A DNA stretch of 64,000 nt from Desulfobacteraceae bacterium. GTDB taxonomy: Bacteria; Desulfobacterota; Desulfobacteria; Desulfobacterales; Desulfosarcinaceae. Where the stretch lies: the NCBI GenBank assembly GCA_050291605.1, contig JBNKKB010000165.1, forward strand, positions 121 through 64,120, given 5' to 3'. How positions within the stretch are numbered: position 1 is the first letter of the stretch; each line of letters begins with the position of its first letter. Below, in pieces: positions 1 to 10,078 of the stretch. Under the pieces are notes generated by a model. That model was not told the DNA's origin and made no database searches. It was given only the letters and a program-made list of their open reading frames with translations. The position numbers and the translations under genes are program-made.

Positions 1-75
1 CGTTGACGCTGGATGCAATAGGGATTGTATTCGATGCTGTAGAGTGATCTGCAGGCGCCGAATTTTATTTTATGT

Positions 76-243
76 GCTAAGGGCTCGCGCAAAAATAACT
101 TCACATTTTTATGCGCCGATGCATCCTGCCTGGCGGCGTTGCCCAAGCGCAGAAATATCTCGATATTCCAGCACTTCGGCGCCTTGCCAGGCAGGCGCCT
201 CAACACCTAAAAATGTAAATTTATTTTTGCGCGAACCCTAAGG
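76..243. repeat. Long imperfect palindrome (about 168 nt, hairpin-capable) 3' of the first GT-C/TPR gene
   Basis: Outer arms gctaagggctcgcgcaaaaataa (76-98) and ttatttttgcgcgaaccctaagg (221-243) are about 20/22 complementary. Inner arms also pair: acattttta (103-111) with taaaaatgt (208-216), and cctgcctggc (125-134) with gccaggcagg (186-195). The centre is near 160. Confidence 0.6.
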
Positions 244-271
244 ATATTCAGAGCAATTTGGAATCCCCATC

Positions 272-2149
272 TCATTGAGATGCCAGTTTATTTTTTGCTG
301 ATATCATATTTCTTTCGGCATTGTGATAGTTGGGTTCGATTCGCAGGGCTTCGCTAAAATGATCTATGGCTTTTTGGAATTGCTTTTGGGTTAAATATAC
401 GACGCCCATACCGTTGTGTGCCTTGGCATATTGCGGATTAATGGAGAGTGACTTTAAATACATGTTGCCTGCTTTTGAAAGGTTACCCCGGCGAAAATAC
501 AGGTTTCCTAAGGCATTGCACGCTTTGTAGGGGTATGGGTTCAGCGCGATGGCCGCTTGATAATGCTCGATTGCAGATGATATTTCACCCTGGGATTCAT
601 AGATATGGGCCAGATTATGGTGGGTGTCCGCTTGAATGGAAGGCCGCGCTTTGGGGTGCATTTTCGAGTAATCCTTGTTAATGCGCAGCACTTGCCTGTA
701 ATGCTTTAGGGCAAGGTCCATCCTGCCCTGACGATAATAGACGCGTCCTAAATTGAAATGAGCAAAATCAAAATGGGGACGTAATTCAATGGCCTGGTGG
801 TAACAATCCATGGCACCTGCCAAGTCGCCCTGCTTTTCCTTAATCGTACCTAAATTGTTATGGGCCATCCAGCTGCTCGGTGTTTTTTGAAGGGTATCCT
901 GCCATAACGTCTCCAAGTTTTGATAAATGGCGGTTTGAAAATGCGATTGAACACCCAGCGATAGCATGGCCGCTGTGGCCAAGAGGGCCAATAGGGCATG
1001 GTACCTTTGCCCGGTTTTTTGGCGGAGCCAAAAAAGACCGGAGCATATCAAAGCAATCATGGGAATACTGGCTAAATATTGAAAATGGTCTGCCACAAAT
1101 GAGAATCGATGGGGATAGACATTGAAAAAACCTATAGCCGGAAAAAGCGTTCCTGAAAACAGCATGATAGCGACGAAAGGGCCTTTCCCGAACCTTTTCC
1201 GAAGGGCATAACAGCCACCGAAGATCCCCAGAATTGCAGCAGGAAAGAGGTATTGCCACCATACACCGGTATCGACTTGCCAACGCGCATAAAAGAAGGC
1301 CAGGTCATGGGGCCATAATATATTCGAGCAATAAAACCACAACGCCCTGCCGGCAACAAGCACCCTTTCAATGATAGACAATGCCCATTCCTCTCCTTGG
1401 GCGCCCAGGTGGTTTTTCTCGATCCACGCGGTGGTGAGTCCCATGATCAATCCGGCCGCGAAGAACGGCAAAAGCAGCAGGACCTGTTTCAGTGCAATGC
1501 GATGGCGTTTCCACCAAATTAGAACCAATATAGCGGCCGGTAGGCTGCAGGTAACGGTTTTGCTGGCCAAGGCCAAAAGAAATAACACAAAGGAGACACC
1601 ATATAGCATCCAATGGTCTACATTGCGTTCTCCTGCCGGCTGAGAATCGGAGAGTCGCGCAGTACGGGATAAATCCAAATGCAGGAATTTAATATAGGCC
1701 CAGAGAGAGAGCAGATAGAAAAATGTCGATAGCACATTCTTGCGTTCTGTAATCCAAGCCACGGATTCAACATGCACGGGATGCAGCGTAAAGATCAGCG
1801 CGGTCAGCCATGAAAACGGGACACCCAATGAGGTTAATATGGCCCAGATTAAAAGGGCATTCAGCACATGGAACAGAATGTTGTTGAAATGATAACCCGC
1901 CGGATTGAGCTGCCAAAACTGATACTCCAGCCAAAACGTCGTATGGGTCATGGGATAGTACTGGGGTTCCGCGTCAAAATCGAACCAAATCTGCTTCAGT
2001 CCATCAGCCGTTCTGAGCAACTCATTGTTGACGACATAAACATCGTCATCCCAAATAAAGCCGTTTTTTATCCCCGACCCATGGGCGCCAAACCCAGCGC
2101 ATAGAATCATTAAAGAAATCAGAATATTTCGGTATTGCCTGGTGATCAT
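272..2149 (-). CDS. Membrane GT-C-fold glycosyltransferase-like protein (PMT_2/DUF1736, TMTC-like) fused to C-terminal TPR repeats; paralog 1 of 3
   Basis: 625-aa ORF. Multi-TM N-terminal part carries the loop motif GFIWDDD, YYPMTHTTFW and HPVHVESVAWITERKN. The C-terminal ~200 aa are TPR-like repeats (A..YH.AIEL.P, NLG..Y...G). Confidence 0.8.
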   Translation of the reverse strand: MITRQYRNILISLMILCAGFGAHGSGIKNGFIWDDDVYVVNNELLRTADGLKQIWFDFDAEPQYYPMTHTTFWLEYQFWQLNPAGYHFNNILFHVLNALLIWAILTSLGVPFSWLTALIFTLHPVHVESVAWITERKNVLSTFFYLLSLWAYIKFLHLDLSRTARLSDSQPAGERNVDHWMLYGVSFVLFLLALASKTVTCSLPAAILVLIWWKRHRIALKQVLLLLPFFAAGLIMGLTTAWIEKNHLGAQGEEWALSIIERVLVAGRALWFYCSNILWPHDLAFFYARWQVDTGVWWQYLFPAAILGIFGGCYALRKRFGKGPFVAIMLFSGTLFPAIGFFNVYPHRFSFVADHFQYLASIPMIALICSGLFWLRQKTGQRYHALLALLATAAMLSLGVQSHFQTAIYQNLETLWQDTLQKTPSSWMAHNNLGTIKEKQGDLAGAMDCYHQAIELRPHFDFAHFNLGRVYYRQGRMDLALKHYRQVLRINKDYSKMHPKARPSIQADTHHNLAHIYESQGEISSAIEHYQAAIALNPYPYKACNALGNLYFRRGNLSKAGNMYLKSLSINPQYAKAHNGMGVVYLTQKQFQKAIDHFSEALRIEPNYHNAERNMISAKNKLASQ

Positions 2150-2468
2150 CGGCGCAAACCTCGTTGCGGATCAAATCGAACCGCGGTATGTATCCCGGGA
2201 TCATTCAAAGGCGCAATCGGCGATCGGATACCGGTCAATCTTTCAAGGCAACCCAAAGCAGGGGTTGAATGCAGATGCCGGCCATATGAATTTCGGCAAG
2301 TTTATCCCAGGAAGACGGAGAATGCAAATGCCACACCGTGTGGCGTCCATTCATGTGGATTGAGGTGGTTGTTTAAATTTCCTGCAAGCTATCTTAAAAT
2401 AAAGAGATGATGGGGCTGATTGGGGTTATGTTGACTTCGGGTATGGCGTTGTATAATTAAATGAAGCC

Positions 2469-4169
2469 ATGGATTATATTAGCGCTCAAAAATTTGTGCA
2501 GAAACTTTCCACAACAAAATTGGACGGCGGATTAACCTTACGGGAATTGACTGATCATGAAGGCATCTCGCTGTGGTGGTTCGCCCATTTTGATTTCATC
2601 GATCTATTGCTGCACATGCCTGCAGGACACGGTAAATATAACCCATTGGAACTAAGGCTCCAGGCCATGATCGGTATGCTGCCGGCAGGATTGTTCGCCG
2701 GGTTTAATTTCGTTTATGATGTATTTCGAAAACTAATTATCCATGCGCTTTTATTTTTTTACCGATCCCGCAATGGGGGTGCAGCGCCGGATCGGAAAAA
2801 GATAATGTTTACTGCCGCTGACAATAGATGGCGTTGGCTTTCAGAATCCGATAGCGGCAGACGTCGATTGACCGATACTTTTTTCGATCCATTGGTTCGG
2901 ATTTTGAAAAAAGATTACCATCTTATCGGTACCTATCCCTGTGTTAAATACATCTACCCATTTCAAATTGCATTTGAAAGCCTCAAGGTGCTCATCAGCA
3001 AGGTAAAATCATGGGAGATCGAGCACCTTCCTTTTGAAATATTCTGGACCCCGAAAGTTTGGCTCATGGAGTATCGTGCATGCGTGCGTTTTGCCGCGCG
3101 GTGGGCAAATGTAGCAAACGACACCACTTTTCGCGAATTATGCATTTTAAACGGCATCGACTATTACGATATCATCCGGATTCAGATGAAATTTTATTTT
3201 AAAGTGCTTTTTGCGACCGCGATTAAGCGCATTGCACTATCGAACCGCATGCTGAAAATAACGTGCCCGGATCTTGTTGCGCTCATCAATGAATACGGCA
3301 TATTTGAGCGTGCGCTGTTAATTGCTGCCAAACAAAACGGCATTCCGACGTTTGCAATCCAGCACGGCAATATCCATGCAGCGCACCCGGGTTATATGTA
3401 CTCAAAAAAAGAGATTTCCATTGATGGATCGGTTCGATCGCCGTTTTGTCCAATTCCGGACAAAACGGCTGTCTACGGGAAATACTATCAACAACTGTTA
3501 ACGGAACAAAGTGCGTATCCCCAAAATAGTCTCATCGTGACCGGGCAGCCGAGATACGATGTCCTGGCCGGTTTGAAAACAAAGCGATCGAAAGAACAGG
3601 TTCTTGAAGAGATTAATATTGCTTCAGATAAAAAGGTAGTCCTTTGGACGACCCAGTGCATTGGAATGACGGAAAGCGAAAATATCGTCAATGCGCAAGC
3701 ATTATCAGAAGCTTTCAGGAAGTTAAATGACTTTGTATTGGTCATCAAACAACACCCTAGAGATCGTTTGGAGCACCTTTTGATACTTCGTGATCATCTG
3801 GATTTGCCCCAAGAGAATATTTTAGTTGCACCCATAAATGCTGAGACGTTAAAACTCATACACGCATGTGATTTAATGATCACGAAGTTTTCAACTACGG
3901 CAATCGAAGCGATTGCCCTTGAAAAACCATTGATTATCATGAACTTGACCAATGAACCGGATAAAGTTGATTTTGTAAAGAAAGGGATAGCGGTTGGGGT
4001 CTATCAGCCGGAATTGTTGGCTCAAACCATAGAAAATATTTTTGGAAACAATACGGAGATGGAAAACAAAAGGGAGGTCTACATCAAGGACTACCTTTAC
4101 TTGATCGATGGCAAGGCTTCCCACCGAGTGGCCAAGGCCATGACTGAAATCATAGAAGGTGCTCAATGA
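2469..4169 (+). CDS. GT-B-fold glycosyl/glycerophosphotransferase-like polysaccharide biosynthesis protein (TagF/capsule-synthesis-like)
   Basis: 566-aa ORF. The C-terminal half has a GT-B/TagF-like pattern: VVLWTTQ, VIKQHPRD and ACDLMITKFSTTAIEAIALEKPLII. Family assignment is by eye only. Confidence 0.55.
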   Translation: MDYISAQKFVQKLSTTKLDGGLTLRELTDHEGISLWWFAHFDFIDLLLHMPAGHGKYNPLELRLQAMIGMLPAGLFAGFNFVYDVFRKLIIHALLFFYRSRNGGAAPDRKKIMFTAADNRWRWLSESDSGRRRLTDTFFDPLVRILKKDYHLIGTYPCVKYIYPFQIAFESLKVLISKVKSWEIEHLPFEIFWTPKVWLMEYRACVRFAARWANVANDTTFRELCILNGIDYYDIIRIQMKFYFKVLFATAIKRIALSNRMLKITCPDLVALINEYGIFERALLIAAKQNGIPTFAIQHGNIHAAHPGYMYSKKEISIDGSVRSPFCPIPDKTAVYGKYYQQLLTEQSAYPQNSLIVTGQPRYDVLAGLKTKRSKEQVLEEINIASDKKVVLWTTQCIGMTESENIVNAQALSEAFRKLNDFVLVIKQHPRDRLEHLLILRDHLDLPQENILVAPINAETLKLIHACDLMITKFSTTAIEAIALEKPLIIMNLTNEPDKVDFVKKGIAVGVYQPELLAQTIENIFGNNTEMENKREVYIKDYLYLIDGKASHRVAKAMTEIIEGAQ

Positions 4170-4711
4170 CAGGAAAAGCCGTTGAAAAGCCATCTGCATG
4201 CTTGGTGCAACTATTTATCCGATGCCTCAAAAAGATGCGGCAATGCTACCATACGCCCATGGTTCGACTTCTATCCCAAAAATGCGGGATTGGGCTTAAA
4301 GTGAACCATAAATCTTCAATTAACAACAACACGTTGCTCGGGAATAATGTCAATTTCAACGGTCTTCGGATTGAAGGCCGTGGCAAGGTTGTAATAGGGG
4401 ATAATTTTCATTCCGGCACAGAGTGTCTTTTTATCACACAGAATCATGATTACGATACCGGAGAAGCAGTTCCATATGGATCAAAATATCTATCAGACGG
4501 CATTGTCATTGAAGACAATGTATGGATAGGCAGCCGTGTGATTGTCTTAGACGGCGTTACAATTGGGGAAGGTGCCATTATTCAGGCGGGGTCATGCGTT
4601 GTCAGCGACATTCCGAAATATGCCGTCGCCGGAGGTCATCCCGCAAGGGTTTTCAAGGAGCGGGATAGAACACACTACGAAGAATTAAAGCGTTTAGGTA
4701 AATTCCATTGA
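4166..4711 (+). CDS. Left-handed beta-helix (hexapeptide-repeat) acyl/acetyltransferase
   Basis: 181 aa. Hexapeptide repeats VWIGSRVIVLDGVTIGEGAIIQAGSCVVSDIPKYAVAGGHPARV. Its start overlaps the upstream stop by 4 bp (ATGA), suggesting translational coupling. Confidence 0.85.
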   Translation: MTGKAVEKPSACLVQLFIRCLKKMRQCYHTPMVRLLSQKCGIGLKVNHKSSINNNTLLGNNVNFNGLRIEGRGKVVIGDNFHSGTECLFITQNHDYDTGEAVPYGSKYLSDGIVIEDNVWIGSRVIVLDGVTIGEGAIIQAGSCVVSDIPKYAVAGGHPARVFKERDRTHYEELKRLGKFH

Positions 4712-5697
4712 AAAAATTTAGTCTTGCCAAGTACAGAAAACCGATTCAATGGAGCCTTGCCCTGTGCTGCATTTTCTACATCATAACTGTTTCTGTTCGA
4801 GATTCCGAGCTTTTAAATATTTTTCGCAATATCCGGCCCCTTATGGTTGTCGTGATCGTTTTTTTTTATTTGATGGGTCAAGTGTTAACGGTTTATCGTT
4901 TCCAGCTGGTATTGGAAAAATCAAGCCGCCAGAAGCTGCCATATGGTAGATGGTTCAGGCTGTTTGTCCTTGGGAATTTCCTCAATCAGGCCCTCCCTCA
5001 ATCCGGAAATATCTACAGAAGCATGATATTAAAACGACACCATGCAATCACATACACAAAATATATAGCAGGATTTTTCAGTTTTACATGGATGTCCGTC
5101 TGCCTTAGCATGATCTTTGCCATTATTGTGGTGGCGATCTTTGCTCCGGGCTTTTGTGTTGGCCATTTTAGAGCAATTCATGTCTTGCCGCTCTTGATTG
5201 CCTTCGGGGTGGGATGCCCCATTATATTGCGCTATATATTGCCACCGCATCGATCCTCCGGAACGGTTCTGTCTTGGACGCGAGAACGATTTTCCGAGAT
5301 TTTGCACATATCTGTTCATAACCTCAAAGATCCGACTTACATGTTTAAATTTTTTCTTTCAGGGGTGCTTCTTTTCGCCAATTCAATGGCTCAATATTAT
5401 TTTTCATTCTATGCTTTTGGCATTAAAGCAGGCATGGCTCCACTTGCGCTATTTTTAGTTGTCATTATTTTAAGCAATCGTGTCGTTTTAACTCCAGGAA
5501 ATCTGGGCCTGAGGGAATTGGCATTTGGCATCGCAAGTGATCAAATGAGTATCGGTATGACACAAGGAATTCTGGTTTCGGCGATTATCAGAGTCATCGG
5601 TATTTTTTTTACGGCAATACTTGGAATTATTTTTGGGGGCATCACCTTGCTCAAAACAAAACCCGTTGATTCAGGAGATGAATCTTATCGCCAATAA
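4708..5697 (+). CDS. Polytopic membrane protein, flippase-like (LPG_synthase_TM/UPF0104-like)
   Basis: 329 aa, about 8 hydrophobic helices. TTG start overlaps the upstream stop. The context (glycan genes) fits flippase-like proteins; the family call is tentative. Confidence 0.5.
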   Translation: MKKFSLAKYRKPIQWSLALCCIFYIITVSVRDSELLNIFRNIRPLMVVVIVFFYLMGQVLTVYRFQLVLEKSSRQKLPYGRWFRLFVLGNFLNQALPQSGNIYRSMILKRHHAITYTKYIAGFFSFTWMSVCLSMIFAIIVVAIFAPGFCVGHFRAIHVLPLLIAFGVGCPIILRYILPPHRSSGTVLSWTRERFSEILHISVHNLKDPTYMFKFFLSGVLLFANSMAQYYFSFYAFGIKAGMAPLALFLVVIILSNRVVLTPGNLGLRELAFGIASDQMSIGMTQGILVSAIIRVIGIFFTAILGIIFGGITLLKTKPVDSGDESYRQ

Positions 5698-5812
5698 ATA
5701 GATGGTGTTACGACTCTAAGCTTGTACTTTTTAGGCTAACTTAAGCTTCTTACAAATGGTGGTGGCCAAATAAATGAGATACGATAACGATTTCATATTT
5801 AACGGTTTTTTT

Positions 5813-6835
5813 TTAACAAACCCGATCAACTGTATCTATCATGAAATTAACGACATCCTCACTTTCCTCTAAAAGTTTTTGCTTTTTCTTTATAAACACA
5901 TTTTTTGCATTCGGGTTGGTTAATATGCTTTCAGCAATACGAATGGCTTCTGTCATTGACGTGGGTCGAAAAACCAAGCCATACTTTTTTTCTAATGCAA
6001 TCAGATAACCCAAATTGAATTTATCGATACAGATCGAAGGGACCCCCAATACGGCAGCCTCTTCAGCCATGGTTCCGCCTTCAATAATGCAAATATGGGC
6101 AAGTGCCAGCAGGTCATGAATTTTTTCCACCGGTACCGGATTGGCATACTGTTTCAAGCCTTTCGGCAGTTGGCCTTCTGAGCTGATGACGACCCGGCCA
6201 TATTTTGACAGCGACTCAATAGCCGAGTTTAACTCCGAAAGCGATGTACCTTGATGACCCACATCGTGAGTCGCCTTCCATGAGACGATTCTGAAAAAAA
6301 TGATCTTCTCTTGCGGGTCGAGACCTGCCTTTTTTAATACTTCCGGATTCGGGGTAAAGTATTTCGGGCTTAGATAGGAAAGCACGGGTGGTGCTTCAAA
6401 TTGGATTTGCCTTTTGCCAAAATTGCGATAATACCCCAGGCCCGTGCAAATATGGGTGGCAAAGGTCATTCCTATGGCTGCCTGAAGCTTGGCATGTTCC
6501 ATGTCATCATAAACAACCGTAGGGATATGCAGCAGCTTGCCAACGATGCCGATGGAGTGGCCCACACGAGCGACCATCACTTGCGGTTTGAAGTTTAGCG
6601 CAAGGATGAATAATTTAAGCGTACGGCAGATCAACTCAAGTCCCATTGCGGGCAGATTGCCACCCATGGTGCTAATGCAAGTGTACTTAATACCCAACGC
6701 TTTAAGAAGATCTATGGTAATATCTTTCTTTCGAGCGGTTACTCGTACATGGTCACCTCGCAATTGATGCTTCCAAATGGCTTGCTTGAAAAAGTGAACC
6801 TGCGCTGGATGGACGATATCAAATAGTATTCGCAT
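5813..6835 (-). CDS. DUF354 family protein (GT-B / UDP-GlcNAc 2-epimerase-like fold)
   Basis: 340 aa. The N-terminus MRILFDIVHPAQVHFFKQ is typical of DUF354. The C-terminal IIEGGTMAEEAAVLGVPSI resembles a GT-B nucleotide-sugar binding half. Confidence 0.65.
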   Translation of the reverse strand: MRILFDIVHPAQVHFFKQAIWKHQLRGDHVRVTARKKDITIDLLKALGIKYTCISTMGGNLPAMGLELICRTLKLFILALNFKPQVMVARVGHSIGIVGKLLHIPTVVYDDMEHAKLQAAIGMTFATHICTGLGYYRNFGKRQIQFEAPPVLSYLSPKYFTPNPEVLKKAGLDPQEKIIFFRIVSWKATHDVGHQGTSLSELNSAIESLSKYGRVVISSEGQLPKGLKQYANPVPVEKIHDLLALAHICIIEGGTMAEEAAVLGVPSICIDKFNLGYLIALEKKYGLVFRPTSMTEAIRIAESILTNPNAKNVFIKKKQKLLEESEDVVNFMIDTVDRVC

Positions 6836-6897
6836 TTAGGCTCCGGACCGTCATCTGATTTGGTTTGGTTGTTTCAAATCCAGTATCTCCATAGATA

Positions 6898-8901
6898 TTA
6901 TTGAACCCTATTGTTTCGCATTTGATTGGGCTCCCTTCTATTGACAGGTAATTTTTGCCTGGTTTCTTCCAGTTTAGTTTTCGCATCCACATAATTGGGG
7001 GTAATATCTAAAGCTTTTTGAAAATATAATGCCGCCTGTTCAAACTTGCCGGTAAGAAATAGGGACTCTCCAATGTCATGGTAGAGCTTGGCATTATCGG
7101 TGATTCCATGTAATGCCTTCTGGTAGTTTGAAATGGCATCTGTATGTTTACCTTGCAGTGCATACAGCTTTCCCAACTTTCCGTAGGCCATGGGGAAATC
7201 CGGTTTAAGGGCCAGCGCCATTGAGATATATTTTTCAGAGGTTTTATAGTCTTTCCTTAGCATGTAGATTGTAGCCAAGTCTAAATAATTATAGGGTAAA
7301 ACCAGCTTGATGGACCAGGGTTCTGGTCCTGACCGGTCGATATAGAGGTCTATTAATTTTTGGTTATAATTTATTGCCGCTTCAAAATCCGATAGATAAA
7401 AATAGGATTTGGCGATAACTGCATGAGCACGTTCCGTGTTTGGATTGATCTTCAATGCCTTAAAGCCTGCATCAATCGCCTTGCGATATTGTTTTTGCAC
7501 AACGTAGGCTGCTCCTAAGTTGTTGTATGCAAGCCAACTGCTCTGGTTTTTGGAGATCGTATTTTCCCACAGAGACACACGATCCCTATAGCTGAACGAC
7601 TGCCCGGCTGTTGCCAAGCCAAGATTGAACAGCAATAAGACGACAATAAGGTTGAAAACCAATTTCTTGTTGGGCGTCGTAAAAACATTGCGACTGATGC
7701 GAGAAATAAGACTGGCAATCGCAGTGATAATAGCAATGCTGGCCAAGTATTGGAAATGATCCGCAACAAAGGAAAAGCGATGGGGATAGACATTTATAAA
7801 ACCCAATGCTGGAAATAGGGTTGATGCAAAAATTAAAAGTGACGCAAATGCGCCACGGCCTATCCGGTTTCTATAAATAAAAAAGCAAGCAAACATTAAT
7901 AGAAAAGATAGTGGATATAGGTACAGCCACCATTTGGTGGCATCAATCTGCCAACGCGGGTAGATGAAAATCAGGTCTTTTGGCCAGACCAGTTTGTACA
8001 GGTAGAACCATAGCGCCCGACCTGCAATTAAACACCTGTCCAAAAAATTGAAATCAAAATCCTGGCCATGGGCACCGACATGGCTGGTCTCAAGCCAGGC
8101 CGTGGACAAACCGAACCCGATGCCCAAAATAAAAAAAGGAGCTAAAAGAAGGACATCACGTTTTTTAACCGATCCATTTTGCCACCAAATCAGCACCAGT
8201 ACGACCACAGGCAATGTGGCGGTGACACTCTTGCTCAACAAGGCCCCTACAAAAAGGATCAGACTGAACAAATAATGGGACCGGTAGCTATCCGACTGGT
8301 CGGATTTGGAGACTTTGTCTCTCTTAATGCCGGAAAACGCGGTGCACCCAAGCACATGGAGATAGGCGTACAGGGCGGATAAATATAGCAACCCGGAGAG
8401 GGTGTTCTTTCGTTCAGTTGCCCATGCGACCGACTCCGTGTGTATGGGGTGGATGGCAAAGACGGCGGCTGCCAGGAAAGCACCTGGGATCTTAAGTCGC
8501 GATAAAATCAGCCAGAGCATAAATGCGCATAAGGCGTGCAATACGATATTGTTAAAATGGTAAACATAAGCATTGGGTCCCCAAAGCTGATATTCAATCC
8601 AGAACATGGTGTGGGTTAGGGGATAGTATTGTGGCAGGCTTTTGGGTTCGAACCAGGTATCTTTTAGCCCTTTCAAGCTTCTCAAATTTTGATTCTCGGT
8701 TATGTATTGATCATCATCCCAAATAAATCCGTTTTTCAACGCCGGATGATACGCTAGAAAGCTAATGGCTAAAAAAAATAAGCAATATAGGGCTAAATGT
8801 TTGGCGTTTGACTTATTATTCAATTTAAAGTCCAACCTTTCCAAAGCAGGTTTAAGGAACAACATCATTGCGGACTGAAATGGAAATTTAGCAAGCATCA
8901 A
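6898..8901 (-). CDS. GT-C-fold (TMTC-like) membrane protein with C-terminal TPR repeats; paralog 2 of 3
   Basis: 667 aa. Motifs GFIWDDDQY, YYPLTHTMFWIEYQ and HPIHTESVAWATERKN are nearly identical to the 272-2149 protein. TPR repeats lie at the C-terminus. Confidence 0.8.
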   Translation of the reverse strand: MMLAKFPFQSAMMLFLKPALERLDFKLNNKSNAKHLALYCLFFLAISFLAYHPALKNGFIWDDDQYITENQNLRSLKGLKDTWFEPKSLPQYYPLTHTMFWIEYQLWGPNAYVYHFNNIVLHALCAFMLWLILSRLKIPGAFLAAAVFAIHPIHTESVAWATERKNTLSGLLYLSALYAYLHVLGCTAFSGIKRDKVSKSDQSDSYRSHYLFSLILFVGALLSKSVTATLPVVVLVLIWWQNGSVKKRDVLLLAPFFILGIGFGLSTAWLETSHVGAHGQDFDFNFLDRCLIAGRALWFYLYKLVWPKDLIFIYPRWQIDATKWWLYLYPLSFLLMFACFFIYRNRIGRGAFASLLIFASTLFPALGFINVYPHRFSFVADHFQYLASIAIITAIASLISRISRNVFTTPNKKLVFNLIVVLLLFNLGLATAGQSFSYRDRVSLWENTISKNQSSWLAYNNLGAAYVVQKQYRKAIDAGFKALKINPNTERAHAVIAKSYFYLSDFEAAINYNQKLIDLYIDRSGPEPWSIKLVLPYNYLDLATIYMLRKDYKTSEKYISMALALKPDFPMAYGKLGKLYALQGKHTDAISNYQKALHGITDNAKLYHDIGESLFLTGKFEQAALYFQKALDITPNYVDAKTKLEETRQKLPVNRREPNQMRNNRVQ

Positions 8902-9314
8902 TAAGCTAAAATCTCCGTGGCCGGGTATCTGTTTTACGGCATATTTTATAGATTGTGAACCAGCCTAACATATCAGCAATATGAGATAAACCAAAAATGC
9001 TGGATTAGGGTGCTCCGGATTCACATCTCACCGCTTCGGCCAGTCAGGCGGATTGCCGTTAAACGATTGTGGGTCACTTTAGATAATATGAAAAGGTTGG
9101 TCTTCAGTGAGCCGTGATATCATCACACCCAACAAATCAAAATTCAGTTCATTTCAATGTCGTTGGTGGCAATAACAATGTCTGGACAGCTACAGCAATA
9201 TTTAGTAGCGTATGATTAGCGATGCGTATTTCTAGTAATTTCACCAGAAAAAGGACATCTGGTTGGCACAATTTTAAACCTAAAATATACGACGGGAGAC
9301 GGCACCTAACATCT

Positions 9315-10040
9315 ATGCATATCGAATTTTCAGGAAGATCCGATGTCGGCCGTATGCGATCGAATAATGAAGATACCTTTTTGGTTAATTCGACGATGGG
9401 GTATGGCCTGGTAGCTGACGGCATGGGTGGCGCAGCCGCCGGTGAAACAGCCAGTCGGATATTTGCCGAAACCGCTGCTGTGGTGTTCGATGCACAAACC
9501 ACGATGAGCCAGCAGGCGGCGCTGGAATGGGTTCAAGCCACCTTCGCTCAGGCCAATGACCGCATTCTCGCCCATGTCGCCCAGTGCCCGGAACATGAGG
9601 GCATGGGATGCACCGCCGAAGTTGTGGCCTTTTCACCCCATGGGTTTGTGGTGGGGCATATGGGCGATAGCCGTACCTATCAGTATCGCGATGGCCGATT
9701 GATCCAACTCACCAAAGATCACTCTCTGGTGCAGGAGCAGATCGACCAGGGGACACTCACACCCGAACAAGCACGCTCGCACCGCATGCGCAACGTGATC
9801 CTACGAGCGGTGGGAGTGAGACCCTCGCCGGCACTGGACACCATCAGCGGTGCCATTGAAAAGGATGATCTGTTCTTATTGTGTTCGGACGGGTTAACCG
9901 ACATGGTCGAAGACGAGCAAATCCTTACGCTTCTGAGGGGTGATGGTGACTTGGAACGGAAAGTCGATAATCTTGTAGATTATGCCAATCGAGCGGGTGG
10001 CAAAGACAATATTACTGCTGTTCTGGCACAAATCCGATAA
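9315..10040 (+). CDS. PP2C-family Ser/Thr protein phosphatase
   Basis: Motifs GRMRSNNEDTF, ADGMGG, GDSRTY, CSDGLTD and GGKDNITAVL. I chose the internal ATG at 9315 (MHIEFSG..); the ORF-track start at 9222 adds a non-conserved basic extension. Confidence 0.85.
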   Translation: MHIEFSGRSDVGRMRSNNEDTFLVNSTMGYGLVADGMGGAAAGETASRIFAETAAVVFDAQTTMSQQAALEWVQATFAQANDRILAHVAQCPEHEGMGCTAEVVAFSPHGFVVGHMGDSRTYQYRDGRLIQLTKDHSLVQEQIDQGTLTPEQARSHRMRNVILRAVGVRPSPALDTISGAIEKDDLFLLCSDGLTDMVEDEQILTLLRGDGDLERKVDNLVDYANRAGGKDNITAVLAQIR

Positions 10041-10078
10041 TCCAGCTAATTTATTAAACGTATCAATAAATCGAGCTT

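Noticed and set aside
44-241. 65-aa ORF at the left edge.
   Set aside because: It coincides exactly with the long palindrome. It has no RBS and an Arg/Ala/Pro-rich, non-protein-like composition.
2150-2468. ORFs 2135-2410 and 2142-2363 in the divergent intergenic region between the first GT-C/TPR gene and the GT-B-like gene.
   Set aside because: They are short, overlap each other in different frames, lack an RBS and have arginine-rich translations. The region is more likely a divergent promoter.
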